A stretch of DNA of 64,000 nt from a virus. The notes beneath the pieces are model-generated. The model was not told the origin of the DNA, did no database searches, and saw only the letters and a list, made by a program, of their open reading frames with translations. Below, one piece after another: positions 11,239 to 23,973 of the stretch (positions within the stretch are counted from its first letter, which is position 1; every line of letters begins with the position of its first letter). The stretch lies in the IMG/VR virus record IMGVR_UViG_3300020442_000008, positions 32,001 to 96,000 of that record, one strand, 5' to 3'. The position numbers and the translations under genes are program-made.

Positions 11239-11304
11239 CTCAGATGGTAGAGCACCTCACTTGTAATGAGGATGTCGTCGGTTCGATCCCGACAGGTGGC
11301 TCCA
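11229..11304 (+). tRNA. tRNA-Thr(TGT)
   Basis: GCCACCT acceptor stem, TAGCTCAG D-arm, CTTGTAA anticodon loop, GTTCGAT T-loop, CCA end. Confidence 0.95.
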
Positions 11305-11308
11305 TTTT

Positions 11309-11395
11309 GCGGATGTGGCGGAATAGGTAGACGCTACGGACTTAAAATCCGTTGCCAGTAATGGCGTGAGGGTTCAAGTCCCTCCATCCGTACCA
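11309..11395 (+). tRNA. tRNA-Leu(TAA)
   Basis: GCGGATG acceptor, ACGGA-CTTAAAA-TCCGT anticodon arm, long variable arm, GTTCAAG, CCA end. Confidence 0.95.
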
Positions 11396-11400
11396 AATAT

Positions 11401-11477
11401 GCGAGAGTAGCTCAGTTGGATAGAGCATCTGCCTTCTAAGCAGAATGTCGTGAGTTCGAGTCTCACCTCTCGTGCCA
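11401..11477 (+). tRNA. tRNA-Arg(TCT)
   Basis: TCTGC-CTTCTAA-GCAGA anticodon arm, GTTCGAG T-loop, CCA end. Confidence 0.95.
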
Positions 11478-12553
11478 TTTATTTTTTATGAATTTTCCTC
11501 AAAATATTCTGCTTTTGCTCATCGCTTAGTTTTAAAAACATTTTTTTAGCTTCTATCCAAGCCGTCCTCGCACGAATGTGAGGATTTGCTTGGAAAGTAT
11601 TATCTTCGATTAACTTAACAGTAAGATAATCTATTATTAATTCTTTATCGCATGATTCCATATCAATTTTTACACAAATAAGGGTTGACTTTGTGGAAAA
11701 AATATGAAAGTATTAAACCATTATGAAAAATACAGAATACATTACATTGACAGAGATGTGGCAGGACGAACAATATCTTGAGGTTGTTGACATTATATCG
11801 ACAGAAAATTGGGATCATTCTACTTTGGTAGAGTTTTGTGCATATTTTATTAAATATCTTGGACTAAAAGAATTTAGCGTTTTTCAGAGGCTTGTATGAC
11901 CCCAACAGAACATTTCCAACTCATTTGGAAAACTTACGAGTTTACACTAACTCGTCTTGCGTTCCTAGAGGATGATTACCAATACCTTTTTGCTCAAATA
12001 AATAATAAATTAAGCGAAAATGATAAGCGAATCCCTGTGGATCTAAAACAGGCTTTTATAGAGAATGCTAGAGAGCTTAAATTAATATATGCAAAACAAC
12101 AGAAAACCATTAATGAATTAATTTCTTTTTGTGACGAGCATAGAGCTTGGAAAAATTCGGAAATCATTCCCGAAGGCTATGATATATCAAAACATTCACT
12201 AAAAGAGTTAAGTAGGGTTACAAGGCATCTTGAGGAAGTTCTAGAAGACTCTATGGAAAATGTAGAAAGTTTGCTTGACTTCTGAGAAGTATTGCTCTAG
12301 TGTTAAATTATGAAACGAGGAAGACCAAAAGGCTACTCTCCTTATGTGGAGATTTCTTATGAAGACCTTGCCGACTATGTTGGCAGGAAAACTCTAATTA
12401 AAGTCTGTAAGACTTGGATAGAAGACCTTGCGGAGCAAGCTCATTCATCTAATAACCTATTCTCGCTTAGTAAACAGAGCCATGCAGAAGATGTGCATGA
12501 GGAAGAAGCTAATCAGGAACAACCAAAAATAGAATATGCAATCACAAACTTCA

Positions 12554-13486
12554 ATGAATAAATATTTTCCAGACCTTATTGGTCAAAACGCAGTCAAAAG
12601 AAAGCTGTCTTTTTATATTGATGCTTTTAATAAAACAGGCGTTTGCCCGTTTTTGTTGCTTACAGGTGCTAAGGGCTTGGGCAAAACAGAATTCGCTAAA
12701 GGATTCGGAAAGAATCTTGTAAACAGAGATGGAACTAAAAGAAATTTTCTTGAGATTAATTGCTCAACGATTAGAAATAACGAGCAGTTCTTTGAGCAGA
12801 TTTTCTTACCACTTATTTCCGATAATGAGATTACAATTTTGTTTGACGAATGTCACGCACTCCCAAAAGACTTAACTATGGCTTTTTTAACTATTTTCAA
12901 TACTGAAACTAGAACTAGAAAAACATTTGAATGGAATGAGATGTCTTTTGAGTTTGATTTCAAGAAACAAACATTCATCTTTGCAACGACAGAGAGCGAT
13001 CAGATTTTTCCTCCACTAAAAGATAGGCTGACAAATGTCGATTTTGAACCATATTCAACAGAAGAGTTGGGGCAAATCCTTAGACTTTGTGCCTCTGACG
13101 CACAAATTGAAGACGATTGCTTAGAAGAGGTTTCAAAATCTGTAAGAAATAATGCTAGAAACGCAGTAATGAGAGCTAAAGAAATATCTTTGTATTGTGG
13201 TGCAAAGCGTAGGTTTATTTTTTCGCTAAAAGACTTCAAAGATTTGTGCAAGCAAGTTAGTATTTTGCCTTTAGGTTTGACATATACAGAGAAACAAATC
13301 CTAGAATCACTCAAGAGTGGATCGGCAACGCTTACTGGTCTTGCAGCAAAACTAGGTTTAAGCAAAACATCTATTCAGAAAGATCACGAATTATATTTAT
13401 TAAATAAAAACTTAATTGAAATTGATGGTAAAAGAAAGATAACCGCTAAAGGTATTGATGTCTGCAAGGAGTTAGCAACGCAATGA
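12554..13486 (+). CDS. ruvB: RuvB-like AAA+ ATPase (Holliday junction branch migration helicase)
   Basis: LIGQ, Walker A GAKGLGKT, Walker B LFDECH, FATTE, PLKDRL, Y-EEL, R-A, C-terminal winged helix with E-YLL; start moved to ATG 12554. Confidence 0.8.
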   Translation: MNKYFPDLIGQNAVKRKLSFYIDAFNKTGVCPFLLLTGAKGLGKTEFAKGFGKNLVNRDGTKRNFLEINCSTIRNNEQFFEQIFLPLISDNEITILFDECHALPKDLTMAFLTIFNTETRTRKTFEWNEMSFEFDFKKQTFIFATTESDQIFPPLKDRLTNVDFEPYSTEELGQILRLCASDAQIEDDCLEEVSKSVRNNARNAVMRAKEISLYCGAKRRFIFSLKDFKDLCKQVSILPLGLTYTEKQILESLKSGSATLTGLAAKLGLSKTSIQKDHELYLLNKNLIEIDGKRKITAKGIDVCKELATQ

Positions 13487-13532
13487 TTTTTTTACCTTGA
13501 CTAAACCCAAATAATATCATATTATATATAAT

Positions 13533-13886
13533 ATGAAAAACCAAGATCGGATAGAAGAAGCCCTAGAAGAGGGCAATAAAATTGCAGATGAATTAGATAA
13601 ATTAGAAGCCAAAAAATCAAGCTCAAAACCAAAAGCTCTATCAAGAGAATCCCTCATAGAAGAATTAAACGAAATAATAGAAGAAAATGACGGAGTAATG
13701 ATCGAGGATGAAGATATTCTATTTAGCGAATTGGGTTTAGATAGCTTTGGGGCGACAATTTTCTTTCTTGAGTTAGATGATAGGTATAATTATTGCGAAT
13801 CGGAAAGTCAAGAAGATTTTATGAAAAATACAGACTGGAAAAGGTTAAAAGTAAAGACAATTATTGATAACATTTTATGTTCTTAA
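13533..13886 (+). CDS. Acyl carrier protein-like
   Basis: Acidic small protein with phosphopantetheine site ELGLDSFG. Confidence 0.75.
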   Translation: MKNQDRIEEALEEGNKIADELDKLEAKKSSSKPKALSRESLIEELNEIIEENDGVMIEDEDILFSELGLDSFGATIFFLELDDRYNYCESESQEDFMKNTDWKRLKVKTIIDNILCS

Positions 13887-14728
13887 AAAGTTACACCCAT
13901 ACAGTTCCGACCTTGGAGCTTGATGATTATTTCGCAATCGAAGGGTTAGATCGGGATTGTAATTTTAATTTATTCTACAGAAAACAGAATAAAGATTTTT
14001 TATCATCAATCGAAGCTAATGATGGTTTAGCAGTTATATATTGTCCACCTATACCTTTTGTTGAAGTCGAGTCGAAAGGCTTGGCTATTAATAAACTTCA
14101 GCACACTCATGCACATAAATATGCTTTTGCATTAAAAAATTGCAGAGTAGATTATCTTGAAATTGAAGGTTCGGCTTGTGCTTCTTCTTTAGCGGGAATA
14201 GGAAAAGCTTATAAATTAATCCATAGTGGTGAATTTAAAGATGTCTTGGTCATTACTGACGAAAGGATAAGTAAAGGGGTTTCCGATTTATTTAAACAAA
14301 TGAAAATTAATATAAAAGCGGGAGATGGTTTCTCCGCTCTACATTTGGTAAAGTCAGAGCCGAAAGATTCATTTATTAAAATCACCGACCCTGCTACGGC
14401 TTATCACTACCATACTAATCCTTGGGCTACAACAGAGGAAGGTTACAGAAAGGTTATCGCAAGCGAAGACTATGAATATATTAAGCCTCATGGAACAGGA
14501 ACAGATGTGAATGATGATTCAGAAAAATATTTATGTGAAAACAAAAAAGTGATGTTATCACCCGAAGGAATGAGGTACAAGGATAAATATGGTCATATGC
14601 AAGGTGCAAGTGGGGCGACAGAAATTTGCCAAATGCTAGAAGAACACGCCAATCTGCCAAGGACTTTGTGCCTAGCTGCGGGTTTGGGTAACTTTTATGC
14701 AGGATTGGTTATAGAAAAAAAATCTTGA
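13877..14728 (+). CDS. Compact beta-ketoacyl synthase (FabB/FabF-like)
   Basis: Cys-His-His triad motifs SACASSL, KPHGTGT, KYGHMQGASG; AGDG and GLGN tail; overlaps the ACP gene. Confidence 0.8.
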   Translation: MFLKSYTHTVPTLELDDYFAIEGLDRDCNFNLFYRKQNKDFLSSIEANDGLAVIYCPPIPFVEVESKGLAINKLQHTHAHKYAFALKNCRVDYLEIEGSACASSLAGIGKAYKLIHSGEFKDVLVITDERISKGVSDLFKQMKINIKAGDGFSALHLVKSEPKDSFIKITDPATAYHYHTNPWATTEEGYRKVIASEDYEYIKPHGTGTDVNDDSEKYLCENKKVMLSPEGMRYKDKYGHMQGASGATEICQMLEEHANLPRTLCLAAGLGNFYAGLVIEKKS

Positions 14729-15099
14729 CTTTTAATTAATAATATCATATATTCATAATATGAAATACATAATGATTACATTGTTTTTTATGGCGGGGTG
14801 CAATCATGCCCAAAAACAAATGCACAAGGTAGAGGAAAGCCCTCAAGTACCACCCAACCTACCACCCCATGTTATTGAAATAAATAGCGTCCCACATCCA
14901 TTTAATTTAAATGGATACAACCCCTATGTTGTTTGGGTTAATGGTAAGATGATAAAGCTCACATCAAATCAGAAAAAAGAATTGATTAATATAGTTAAAG
15001 CAGAAAACATTAATCCTGTGTCTGATGCAGACCTTCATTCGGGAGACGGATGGCTTCACCCTCTTTATCCTTCTCGTAAATCTTTTGAACTTGTTTTGA

Positions 15100-15591
15100 A
15101 TGATCTCAACAGATAAAATTCCAACCATTGAGGGCAATCTTTTAGATTTTCCTTGCGAAATAACTCGCATAGCACATTCTTGCAATACTCATAATGTGAT
15201 GGGGGCGGGAATTGCAAAGCAAATAAAGGATCGCTACCCTAATGCTTACGAGTCTGATTGTCACGCTAGATACGAAGACCAAAATAATTTAGGAAATTGG
15301 AGTTTTGCATGGACGGACTCGACTTGTCAAAGAGGGATTTATAATTTATATACTCAATCTCAAATCGGAGGAAAAAGAGCGGTAAATTACGAAGCTTTTC
15401 ACAAGTCTTTAAGTTTTGTTGCGGAGCATTTGCATTATAATTATTTGCACGGAGAAGATGATGTTATACTCGGCTTGCCCTACGGAATTTCTTGTGGCTT
15501 GGCAGGTGGAAATTGGAATGTTATTTATGAAATGATAAATGATATTTTGGCAGATATGCCCTATCAAACTTTTATAGTGAAATATGATTAG
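15100..15591 (+). CDS. Macro domain (ADP-ribose) protein
   Basis: EGNLL, HSCN-MGAGIAKQI, YNLYTQ, PYGISCGLAGGNW. Confidence 0.85.
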   Translation: MISTDKIPTIEGNLLDFPCEITRIAHSCNTHNVMGAGIAKQIKDRYPNAYESDCHARYEDQNNLGNWSFAWTDSTCQRGIYNLYTQSQIGGKRAVNYEAFHKSLSFVAEHLHYNYLHGEDDVILGLPYGISCGLAGGNWNVIYEMINDILADMPYQTFIVKYD

Positions 15592-16557
15592 TTTAGAGGA
15601 AAGAATAAAAGAAGAAATAAATCGGTTAAGCTCATACCATGATGAAAAGACAATTCATTTAATAAATAATGTATTAAGACCGATGCTTCAATATATAAAA
15701 GATCACGATAGACTTATGAAAGAATTACAAAGAGTTGGGAGTAAACATGGATTATGATATTTGATAACGGAATAAATAATGAATTTGAAGAAGCCCACCA
15801 AAAAGGACTACATAGAGGTTTTGATTTGGGTTGGTCTTATAAAGGTAGATATTATAGACAAATGATAAGAGATATGTTAAATAATAAAGATTACTTAAAA
15901 ACAGGAGAAGCGACTTTAAAAAGGATTTTAAAGAAAATGGAACAAGATAAAGATAATAGAGAGAATATTACAATAAATAGTTGGTAAATAATATGAAATG
16001 TCCTATATCAAATAGAGAAGATTTAATTGACGATTGCCACATAACCATCGAATTTGGATATGGAAGCGATAGAGATTGCAGAACCTATACTTTTTCACCT
16101 GTGCATGATGAGGTTGGCAAAAAGATTTTAGAATATATATCTTCGTTAGCAGAAGATGGTTTCGATGTAGAGGATTACGCTGAAGATGTTATGAATGATA
16201 TTTTTGGTGTCGATCAAGATTGGAGCGATGAAGATAAAAGGGAGCATGGATTAGAATGAAACTATCACTCACATTACACGATAAAACTTATAGCGTTGAA
16301 TCCAACGAAGCCTTTGATGGAACGAATGTCAACGAGCTAACAGAACAATTTAAAGGCTTGCTTGTTAATGCGGGATTTCACCCAAGCAATGTAGATAATA
16401 TGTTCAATACAGAATATCAATGGTTCACCGAAGAAGAAAGGCGAGATAATATGCAGGGACATCTCAAAGAGGAAGATATTATGGAAAAACTTTTGAGAGA
16501 TCGAAAAGTTCAAGAGTTTCAAGATAATTTATATAAACCAGATGAAGATTTTAAACT

Positions 16558-16848
16558 ATGAAAATATGCGAACTAGAAGTAAAAGAAAGTTTCGATGGTG
16601 AATTATATTTTCGTTTACCCGATGACCTATTAAAGAGGTTAGGGTGGGAAGTTGGTGATGAATTAAAATTCATACCACAAGACGAAGCATTTATTATTAA
16701 AAAAGTAAAATATGAAAGCGTTGAACTAGAATTTGATGAGGAAGAATTATTCAAATATATGCAGTTTGCACACGAAAAAGGAATTACATTCAACGAACTT
16801 TGCGAAGAAGCAGTCAAAGCAAAATTAGATGAGAGTGGCATTGAGTAA
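16558..16848 (+). CDS. AbrB/MazE-like DNA-binding protein
   Basis: FRLPDDLLKRLGWEVGDELKF swapped-hairpin motif. Confidence 0.6.
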   Translation: MKICELEVKESFDGELYFRLPDDLLKRLGWEVGDELKFIPQDEAFIIKKVKYESVELEFDEEELFKYMQFAHEKGITFNELCEEAVKAKLDESGIE

Positions 16849-17796
16849 AATATTATATCATATTGGAGATTTTATCAGTATCTTTCTTCATTTTAATTTT
16901 TTCAGTTGGTTATATCCATTATATTCTAAAATAATGATTTTAAGTTCTGAGCTTGACAAAGATGGTAAAATATGGTTTAATAAATAAATTATGCACGAAG
17001 CAATGACAGAAGAGATTAATTACCAAAAAGGTTACGATAAAGGGTGGGCAGATGCCCAAGAATATCTTGCTAAAAAATTTGAAAAAATTTTAAGTAAAAA
17101 CGCAAATAAGTCTTACGAAAATGGGTTTAGAGATGGAGCAAATCAAAAAGATAATAAGCCATGTGTTTGTGGCTTTTGGGGTGACAAAAAATGATTAATT
17201 GGATTAATATTGAAGATCAAGTTCCCGAAGAAGGGAAAAGACTACTTTACTTCTTTGAAGGAACAGGTGTTTGGACAGGCTTTTATTATGGTAGGGATGA
17301 AGATTATCCCGATAGAAATAATCATACTTTTGGAAGCAATATAGGCTTTCTAACAGGTGATGTAACTCATTGGTGTTACATTGATTATCCCGAAGGTGGA
17401 GAATGGAGAGAAGAAGCAGACCGAGATTTCTTTGAGCAAGATAAGGAATTAGTAGAGCTTGCGAAACAACCTATAAAAATATGAAAACATTACATAATAC
17501 AAAAAACTGCAATTATAGAAGATACTTGCATAAAAAATTAAAGCACGGCAAAATAAGCGGTAAGTTTTATAAATTTATTTGCAGAAACTTTCCATATCGA
17601 GTTACTACGAGAGAAGTACAAACTGCCGTCAGAATGGTACTCGATGGCAAGATGACTGAAAATAAAGCTATTGCCACTTTGCAAGGAGCAAAAGCAGAAT
17701 TAAAGTATCAACAAGAGTTGTACAAATCAAATATAGAGTGCAGAAAGAAAATTTCAAAAACAACAACTCCATATACAAAACCTTTATAAAAATATT

Positions 17797-18048
17797 ATGC
17801 CATACATACCAAAATCACAAAAACAAAAAGCAGATGACGGAATCATAAAAGATTGCGGATACTTAAATTATTCTATTCACCAATTAATTAATAGATATAT
17901 AGAAATAAATAAAGAGAGCTATCAAACATATAATGATATTATAGGTGCTTTAGATTGTGCTAAAATGGAAATTTATAGAAGACTCGTAGCCAAATATGAA
18001 GATAAAAAAATCCTACAAAATGGGGATGTACCTCCTTACGAAAAATGA
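17797..18048 (+). CDS. Conserved phage protein (DUF6899-like)
   Basis: MPYI...G-LNY...YNDIIGALDCAKMEIYRR...YEDKKI.NGDV. Confidence 0.6.
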   Translation: MPYIPKSQKQKADDGIIKDCGYLNYSIHQLINRYIEINKESYQTYNDIIGALDCAKMEIYRRLVAKYEDKKILQNGDVPPYEK

Positions 18049-18145
18049 AACAAAAGCTAAAAGACATTATAGATTTATTTGGTGCGATAGGAGTAGGTTT
18101 GTTATTGATTTCTTTTCAAATATGGTATATAATTACAGGTAGAGA

Positions 18146-18517
18146 ATGAATAAAAGAAAACCAAAATTTGTAGAGAAGCGTTGGGGATCAGAAACATGGT
18201 TCGCAAATAATGAAACGCATGATTATTGCGGTAAAGTTTTATATATTAAACAAGGGAGTCATACTTCTATGCACTTTCATATACAAAAACATGAAGTTTT
18301 TTATATTTTAAATGGAGTTTTGATTGTTGATTATATAGACACAAATACTGGAAATGTACATTCTGTTACTTTAAATGAGGGAGACTGCATGGATGTAGAG
18401 ATGGGTGAACCTCATCAATTAATTGCTCATGGTGATGGTGTTACGCTTATTGAGGCAAGCACATTTCATAGAGACGAGGATAGTTTTAGGATTCACGATG
18501 AAACGCCAATCAAATAA
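18146..18517 (+). CDS. Cupin domain protein (mannose-6-phosphate isomerase-like)
   Basis: VEKRWGSE, YCGKVL, SMHFH.KHE, PHQL, EASTFH. Confidence 0.8.
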   Translation: MNKRKPKFVEKRWGSETWFANNETHDYCGKVLYIKQGSHTSMHFHIQKHEVFYILNGVLIVDYIDTNTGNVHSVTLNEGDCMDVEMGEPHQLIAHGDGVTLIEASTFHRDEDSFRIHDETPIK

Positions 18518-19182
18518 AAAGACGAACACTAAACCGATTAATAAGTCACAAAATGGCAAAGGAGATTCTCCAAGAAATATATCTGAAGAATTTAAAAAAA
18601 ATTATGAGAAAATTAATTGGAAGAAGAAATGAACTTAATAGAATTGGAAGTTATTTTACTGCTAGGGGGCATTACCCTGTGTTTTTTATATGATTTATTT
18701 AAAAGAAGATGATAAAGTTTGCCAATGATTTTGAAGAATTTTCTTCCCAATCCGAACTCAAAAAAATCTTAAATGAAATATTAGATACTATGGGTGACTA
18801 CCCAAAAGGTAGTGTGCATGGGGGTTTAAGTCCTGTTGCAATAGAAAAAATTATTGCATATATAATGTATAGTGAAAATTGCGACTCATTAGATTTAAAT
18901 ATAACAAAAGCAGATGACGAATATCATCTTAATTTAACAATAAAAGATAAACAATAATGATACAAATAGAAGATTCAAATAACGAAAAATTTTTCATTAA
19001 TCCTTCTCAAGTAATATATGTTAAGGAGAGAATGAATAGGGATGGTACGCTATGGAAAATATTACTTTCCAATGGAGAGTCGATCATAACCAAAAACGAA
19101 CATGGAGCAAATTCTATAATTAATTCAATCACTCCAAAAAAATGATCTTGACAAAAAATAAATTACACCCTACCATTAAACC

Positions 19183-20250
19183 ATGACCAACTTAGGACTC
19201 ACTTGCATCAGCGAAGAACTCAAAGCTAAAGATAAAGCAAAATATTCTTTTCGCACAATGACTCGCAAGCGTTTCAATGATCTATCAGAAAAGGAAGGAA
19301 GAAATGAAGCTATTAAAGAATTGTCTGAACGCATTTATCACAATGTGCTTGTTACTCGTTATATTGTTCGCCATTGTATTCGGAACTCTATATGTCATTA
19401 TCGTCTCAGTTCTGCTCTCTTTCCTTTGCTTACCGATGCAACTTTGGACTTATCACTTGAACTATTACCCGATAAAGTCAAGATCGAAAATGAGCTAATA
19501 AAAATTGGCTTAATAGCTAAAAAATTTAACCTTTCAATCGGTTCGCATCCCGATCAATTCAATGTTCTTGCTTCTACTAATGAAACATCAGTAAATAGAA
19601 CTATTAACGAACTAAATTTTCAATCGAGAGTATTTGATTTAATTGGCTTGCCTCAAACGCATCAAGCACCAATGAACATTCATATCAATGGTACTCCGCC
19701 CGAAATTAAATCAGACACAACTGATCCCGACTCTATTAATAATATGCGTATCAAAGAAATGGCAGAAAGATTTTATAATAATTTGATGCGTTGTGATGAA
19801 GGTGTTTTTAATCGACTAACTATTGAGAACGAAGACAAGGGTTTTTGGAATGTAGATAATATAATTAAGTTTAGTGAATATATATTTAACAAATATAATC
19901 TTAATATTCCTGTTTGTTATGACAATCTGCATGATTTTTGCAATCCATCAGAAGAACGCAATATTATATTTCAAGCAGAGCGTTGTGCATATACATGGGT
20001 AGATCAAGATGATGGAGAATTCATTGCTCCTGTTTTTCATTGGTCAGAAGGTAAGCCCGAAAAACCAAGATCACACGCAGACTACTTTGCACTAGGAAAT
20101 TATCCACCCACTATTGCCATCGAACCAAATAGTGAAGCCAAGTGGGAATGTGAAGTTAAGCTTAAAGATATTGCCATACGAACACTTGTAAAAGGAATGA
20201 AATACAGATATTCAAGAAATATGCTTGACAACAAAGAGCAATTAGTCTAA
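19183..20250 (+). CDS. uvsE: UV damage endonuclease
   Basis: YRLSSALFP, HPDQFNVL, MNIH, RLTIENEDK, YDNLH, FHWSE, RSHAD, EVKLKD. Confidence 0.9.
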   Translation: MTNLGLTCISEELKAKDKAKYSFRTMTRKRFNDLSEKEGRNEAIKELSERIYHNVLVTRYIVRHCIRNSICHYRLSSALFPLLTDATLDLSLELLPDKVKIENELIKIGLIAKKFNLSIGSHPDQFNVLASTNETSVNRTINELNFQSRVFDLIGLPQTHQAPMNIHINGTPPEIKSDTTDPDSINNMRIKEMAERFYNNLMRCDEGVFNRLTIENEDKGFWNVDNIIKFSEYIFNKYNLNIPVCYDNLHDFCNPSEERNIIFQAERCAYTWVDQDDGEFIAPVFHWSEGKPEKPRSHADYFALGNYPPTIAIEPNSEAKWECEVKLKDIAIRTLVKGMKYRYSRNMLDNKEQLV

Positions 20251-21759
20251 GGTTATATTATGCACGAAAACATTACAGAAGAAAAATTTTGGTACGACTC
20301 TTACACAGGAACTTATTGGCTTGCAGATGAAGAATGGGAAGAGCCTAGAGAGTTCACAGAAGACGAATTAATATCAGAAGGAATCTACCTTAACGAATTT
20401 TGCATCAATGAGCATTTATAATATAGAAGTTCCGATTACGGAACAAGAATTGGAAGAGATGATGATGGAAGATAAATCTTTTTCTTGGGTTTTTAATACG
20501 AGCGAAGATGATTCCGTTTCAATTAATGTAAATATTTTTAAAGAAGAATATGACGGCTGAAATAATAGGTGACGATTATCCAACTTATGAAGATTTTGTC
20601 AACATGAGACAACCTAAAATATACACTCGCTTTAAACTAGAAGAATGTATTACCGCTCTTTATCAAATATCAGAAGATATTGAAGCCATGATGCACAAAG
20701 AATTTGATACAGAAGAAGGATTAACAGAAGATGGCAAAATGAATATTTTAATAGGCATGATGGAGTTGCATAAAGTTAGATGCGATGCAACTAAAGAATG
20801 TATGGAAGGTTTAATTAAACAAGGAGACTTAAAATGAATATAGTAAAAGCATTAGAATTAGTTATAGAAGAGGCTGAATTTTCTCTTGCATCAAAAAAAG
20901 AAGTATCTATTGCTAAAAATAGTGCTTTAGTTTTATGTAAAGAATTTTTAGAATTTACAAAAGCAACGGAAGAGGGTTTGTCTACTAAGAAACCCGACTT
21001 TACTCCCGATCCACCTAAACAAAAAATACATGAATCTTGAAGAAGCATTTTCAATAGTTTTAAATGAGGCAGAAATATCTGCTTTAGGAGAGCGTTCGGA
21101 TTATCATTTTGCAGTCATTAAAGCAACTGAAGTTTTGCGTTCCTTTTACGAAGATCATGGGCATCATTTTAAAAATTATGAGAAAGAAGAACACGAAAAT
21201 GTTACCAACTAAAAGATATTTGCATGATTGTTGGGAAACAGGTTTCCCTTTAAAACCTAAAAATTTAAGAACCTTTTACCCAAATAAATTCATCAGAAAA
21301 AGATATTCTTATGCTTTTTGGAAAGATATTATTAATGATTTAAATATATTGCCATATAAAAAGAGAATTGAAGTGGCGAGTAATTTATTTAAAAGATTAG
21401 ATCATCGAAATAAATTTCATAGTGAAAAGCAAGCAAGCTTTGAATTAGAATCAATGGCTTTCTGTTTACTAGAATCAGAGGGATTAATAAAAGAATGAGC
21501 GACTACTCAACAATAGAAGGTTGCATAAGACAATCTTGTGACATAAAAATAAAAACCAAATTAATAAATAAAATGGACTTAAATAAAATAATAATTAATG
21601 TTCTTGAGAAATATCAAGACTCTCAACCCAATATGGCAAGCGAATCTTTTAGAAAGATATTAGCAAAAGAGATAGAGGTAGAGGTAGACAAATACTGCCT
21701 TATGCTAATGAATTCATTAAATGGTTGACAACTGAATAAAATACTATATTATTAATTAT

Positions 21760-21897
21760 ATGAAACAAATAAATGTAAATAAATATATTATTGGAAAGAA
21801 AAAGCTAGGCAAAGGAAAGGTCGGACACAAAGGTGGAGTCGGTAGTCCAACAGGTGCTTTTGGCAATGGAAGCAAATATAACAAGCGAAAGAAATGA
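21760..21897 (+). CDS. Small Gly/Lys-rich protein (missing from ORF track)
   Basis: MKQINVNKYIIGKKKLGKGKVGHKGGVGSPTGAFGNGSKYNKRKK; ATG 35 nt after TTGACA at 21725. Confidence 0.5.
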   Translation: MKQINVNKYIIGKKKLGKGKVGHKGGVGSPTGAFGNGSKYNKRKK

Positions 21898-23973
21898 ACC
21901 AACAAACTTTAAAAAATATAATTAGGTTTCTGCATGAGACAGAATATGATGATGAAAGAGACAGAGAACAACATATTAAAGTTGTAGAAAATATTTTAAA
22001 GAGTGAATCATGCAAGAAGAAATAAAAGATCATTGGAAACATATCAAAGATATTGAAGCGGAGCTTGAATTTCTTTATGTCAGAGAACCCGATGAAGTTG
22101 AATATATTAATCAGTTAAAAAATAAGCTTGACAATTTATACGAGATAATAGATAATTATAACCATGAAACTAACTAAATATCAAAAAGCTAGATTGCTTG
22201 AATATAATTGGGATATTATTACCAATCAAATAGATGGAGAAGAACAGAATTGCTCATGGGTCAGTATTGCACCCGAAGATGGTTCTATATATGGAGAAGT
22301 CGTGAAACATTTTAAGTTATCGGGGGATGGCGAAGATGTTAAATTATTGGTAGTAGCAACTGCTGAAGACTAATGAGCGAAATAAGAGAATTATGGGATT
22401 TGTCATGGACAGATGGATTGATTTTAACTTTGATGTTAATGGCACTATATACATATAAAGTATGGATAGATAACAAATTTAAAAAATGAATTTTATCAAA
22501 AGATTATTGCGTATATATAATTTAAAAAAGTTTTGTTCTTTTAAAATAAGTTCAGAACCAAAATTATCTGCACAACAAATAGATGAATTGATTGAAATAA
22601 ATAAAGAAGCATTAACAAATATAGGAGACGATATGGATTACGATGGGATGGGAAATCATGGTCGCTTTCCACCCGAAAGAAAATGAAGAATTTAATTATT
22701 ATATTTTTATGTTTGACAACTTTCAGTTGTTCAAATAGACTTAAACCCGAAGATACCAAGTTGTCAAGGTCATTAGAAATGCAACAAGAAATCAATGATT
22801 TACTAGAGCAAGATGCACAAAATAAAGCATTAGAGAAAGAGTATTTAGAAGAGATAAGAATTGCGGAAGAAAATAATGACCAAGAAGCATTTAAATTTTA
22901 TTTATCAGAATATGTTAAAGTAGAAAGATTAAAACTGCCCGAATGGATAAAGAAAGAACCAAATTATGTTAAGGGTGGATTAAATATAAAATATTAAAAT
23001 GAATATAGATAAAACTCCAATCAGTAAATATATATTAATAGATACAATGGCTAAACCTTCGTATGCTTACCTTGGTTACGCTTATTTAACGCAAAATGAA
23101 AAAAGCATAAAAAATCGTGCGTTTAAAATGAATCGAGCAAATAAGAAATATATATTACAAGAAGATTGGAAATGAAAATACAATTAGGAATAAGAGGTAG
23201 TGAGGATGCAATTAATCATATTTTAATTAAAATAGATGATCTTGTATTAATGAATAAAGATAATTTATTTCTTTCGGGCGAAGAGAGTAGAATTCAAATA
23301 GGAAAAGGCATTGAAGCTTTACTTGATTCTTTATCTAAAGATCACGAAATATGTGTTAGTGAAAAAGCATCTGACTTAATAGAGCAAGAATTAAATATGA
23401 AGAAAGGTACATTAAATAAATGGAAAAATTAATTATAGTATTTTTAGTAGGGGCAGTAATCTCTTTTGGCTTTACATTATATCTTTTATTTAAAAGTTAA
23501 TTATGAAAAGAGTAGAAGAAGTAAATAGAGAAAAAGTTTTATCTCAAATAATAGATCATTGCAAGGAACTTCTGAAAGATGGAGAATTTCTGTCTAAAAA
23601 CGATTGGCAGACAGATACGCTCTTACTTCATTCAGAGAAATTTCTCAAGCAAGAAAAAAAAGCTTGACACTATCGCTTGCCTAGTCTAGTATTATTACTA
23701 TGAACACGGCACAAGCTTTCTTAAATAGTATTAACGAGTCAATCGCTCAAGGCGAGAAGATTGCAAACTCAATTCCTCGCAAGGGTCTTAACATTTACCT
23801 AGACAAATCAACTATGGTTATGCAACAATTCCACGATCCTAGTGCTTTTGACAAGGCAAAGCAAGCAACTGCTCGTAAAGGTCAATCAAGTATTCTTAGG
23901 ATGCAAATGGATGGAAATGGCAGATTGCAATAAAAAGCTTGACATCATCAAAAAACTCTGACAGACTACAATC

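Noticed and set aside
1-11500. Cellular (bacterial chromosome) origin of the left part
   Set aside because: Host-like genes are interleaved with phage-type small ORFs and share the same AT content and upstream motifs as the rest of the window
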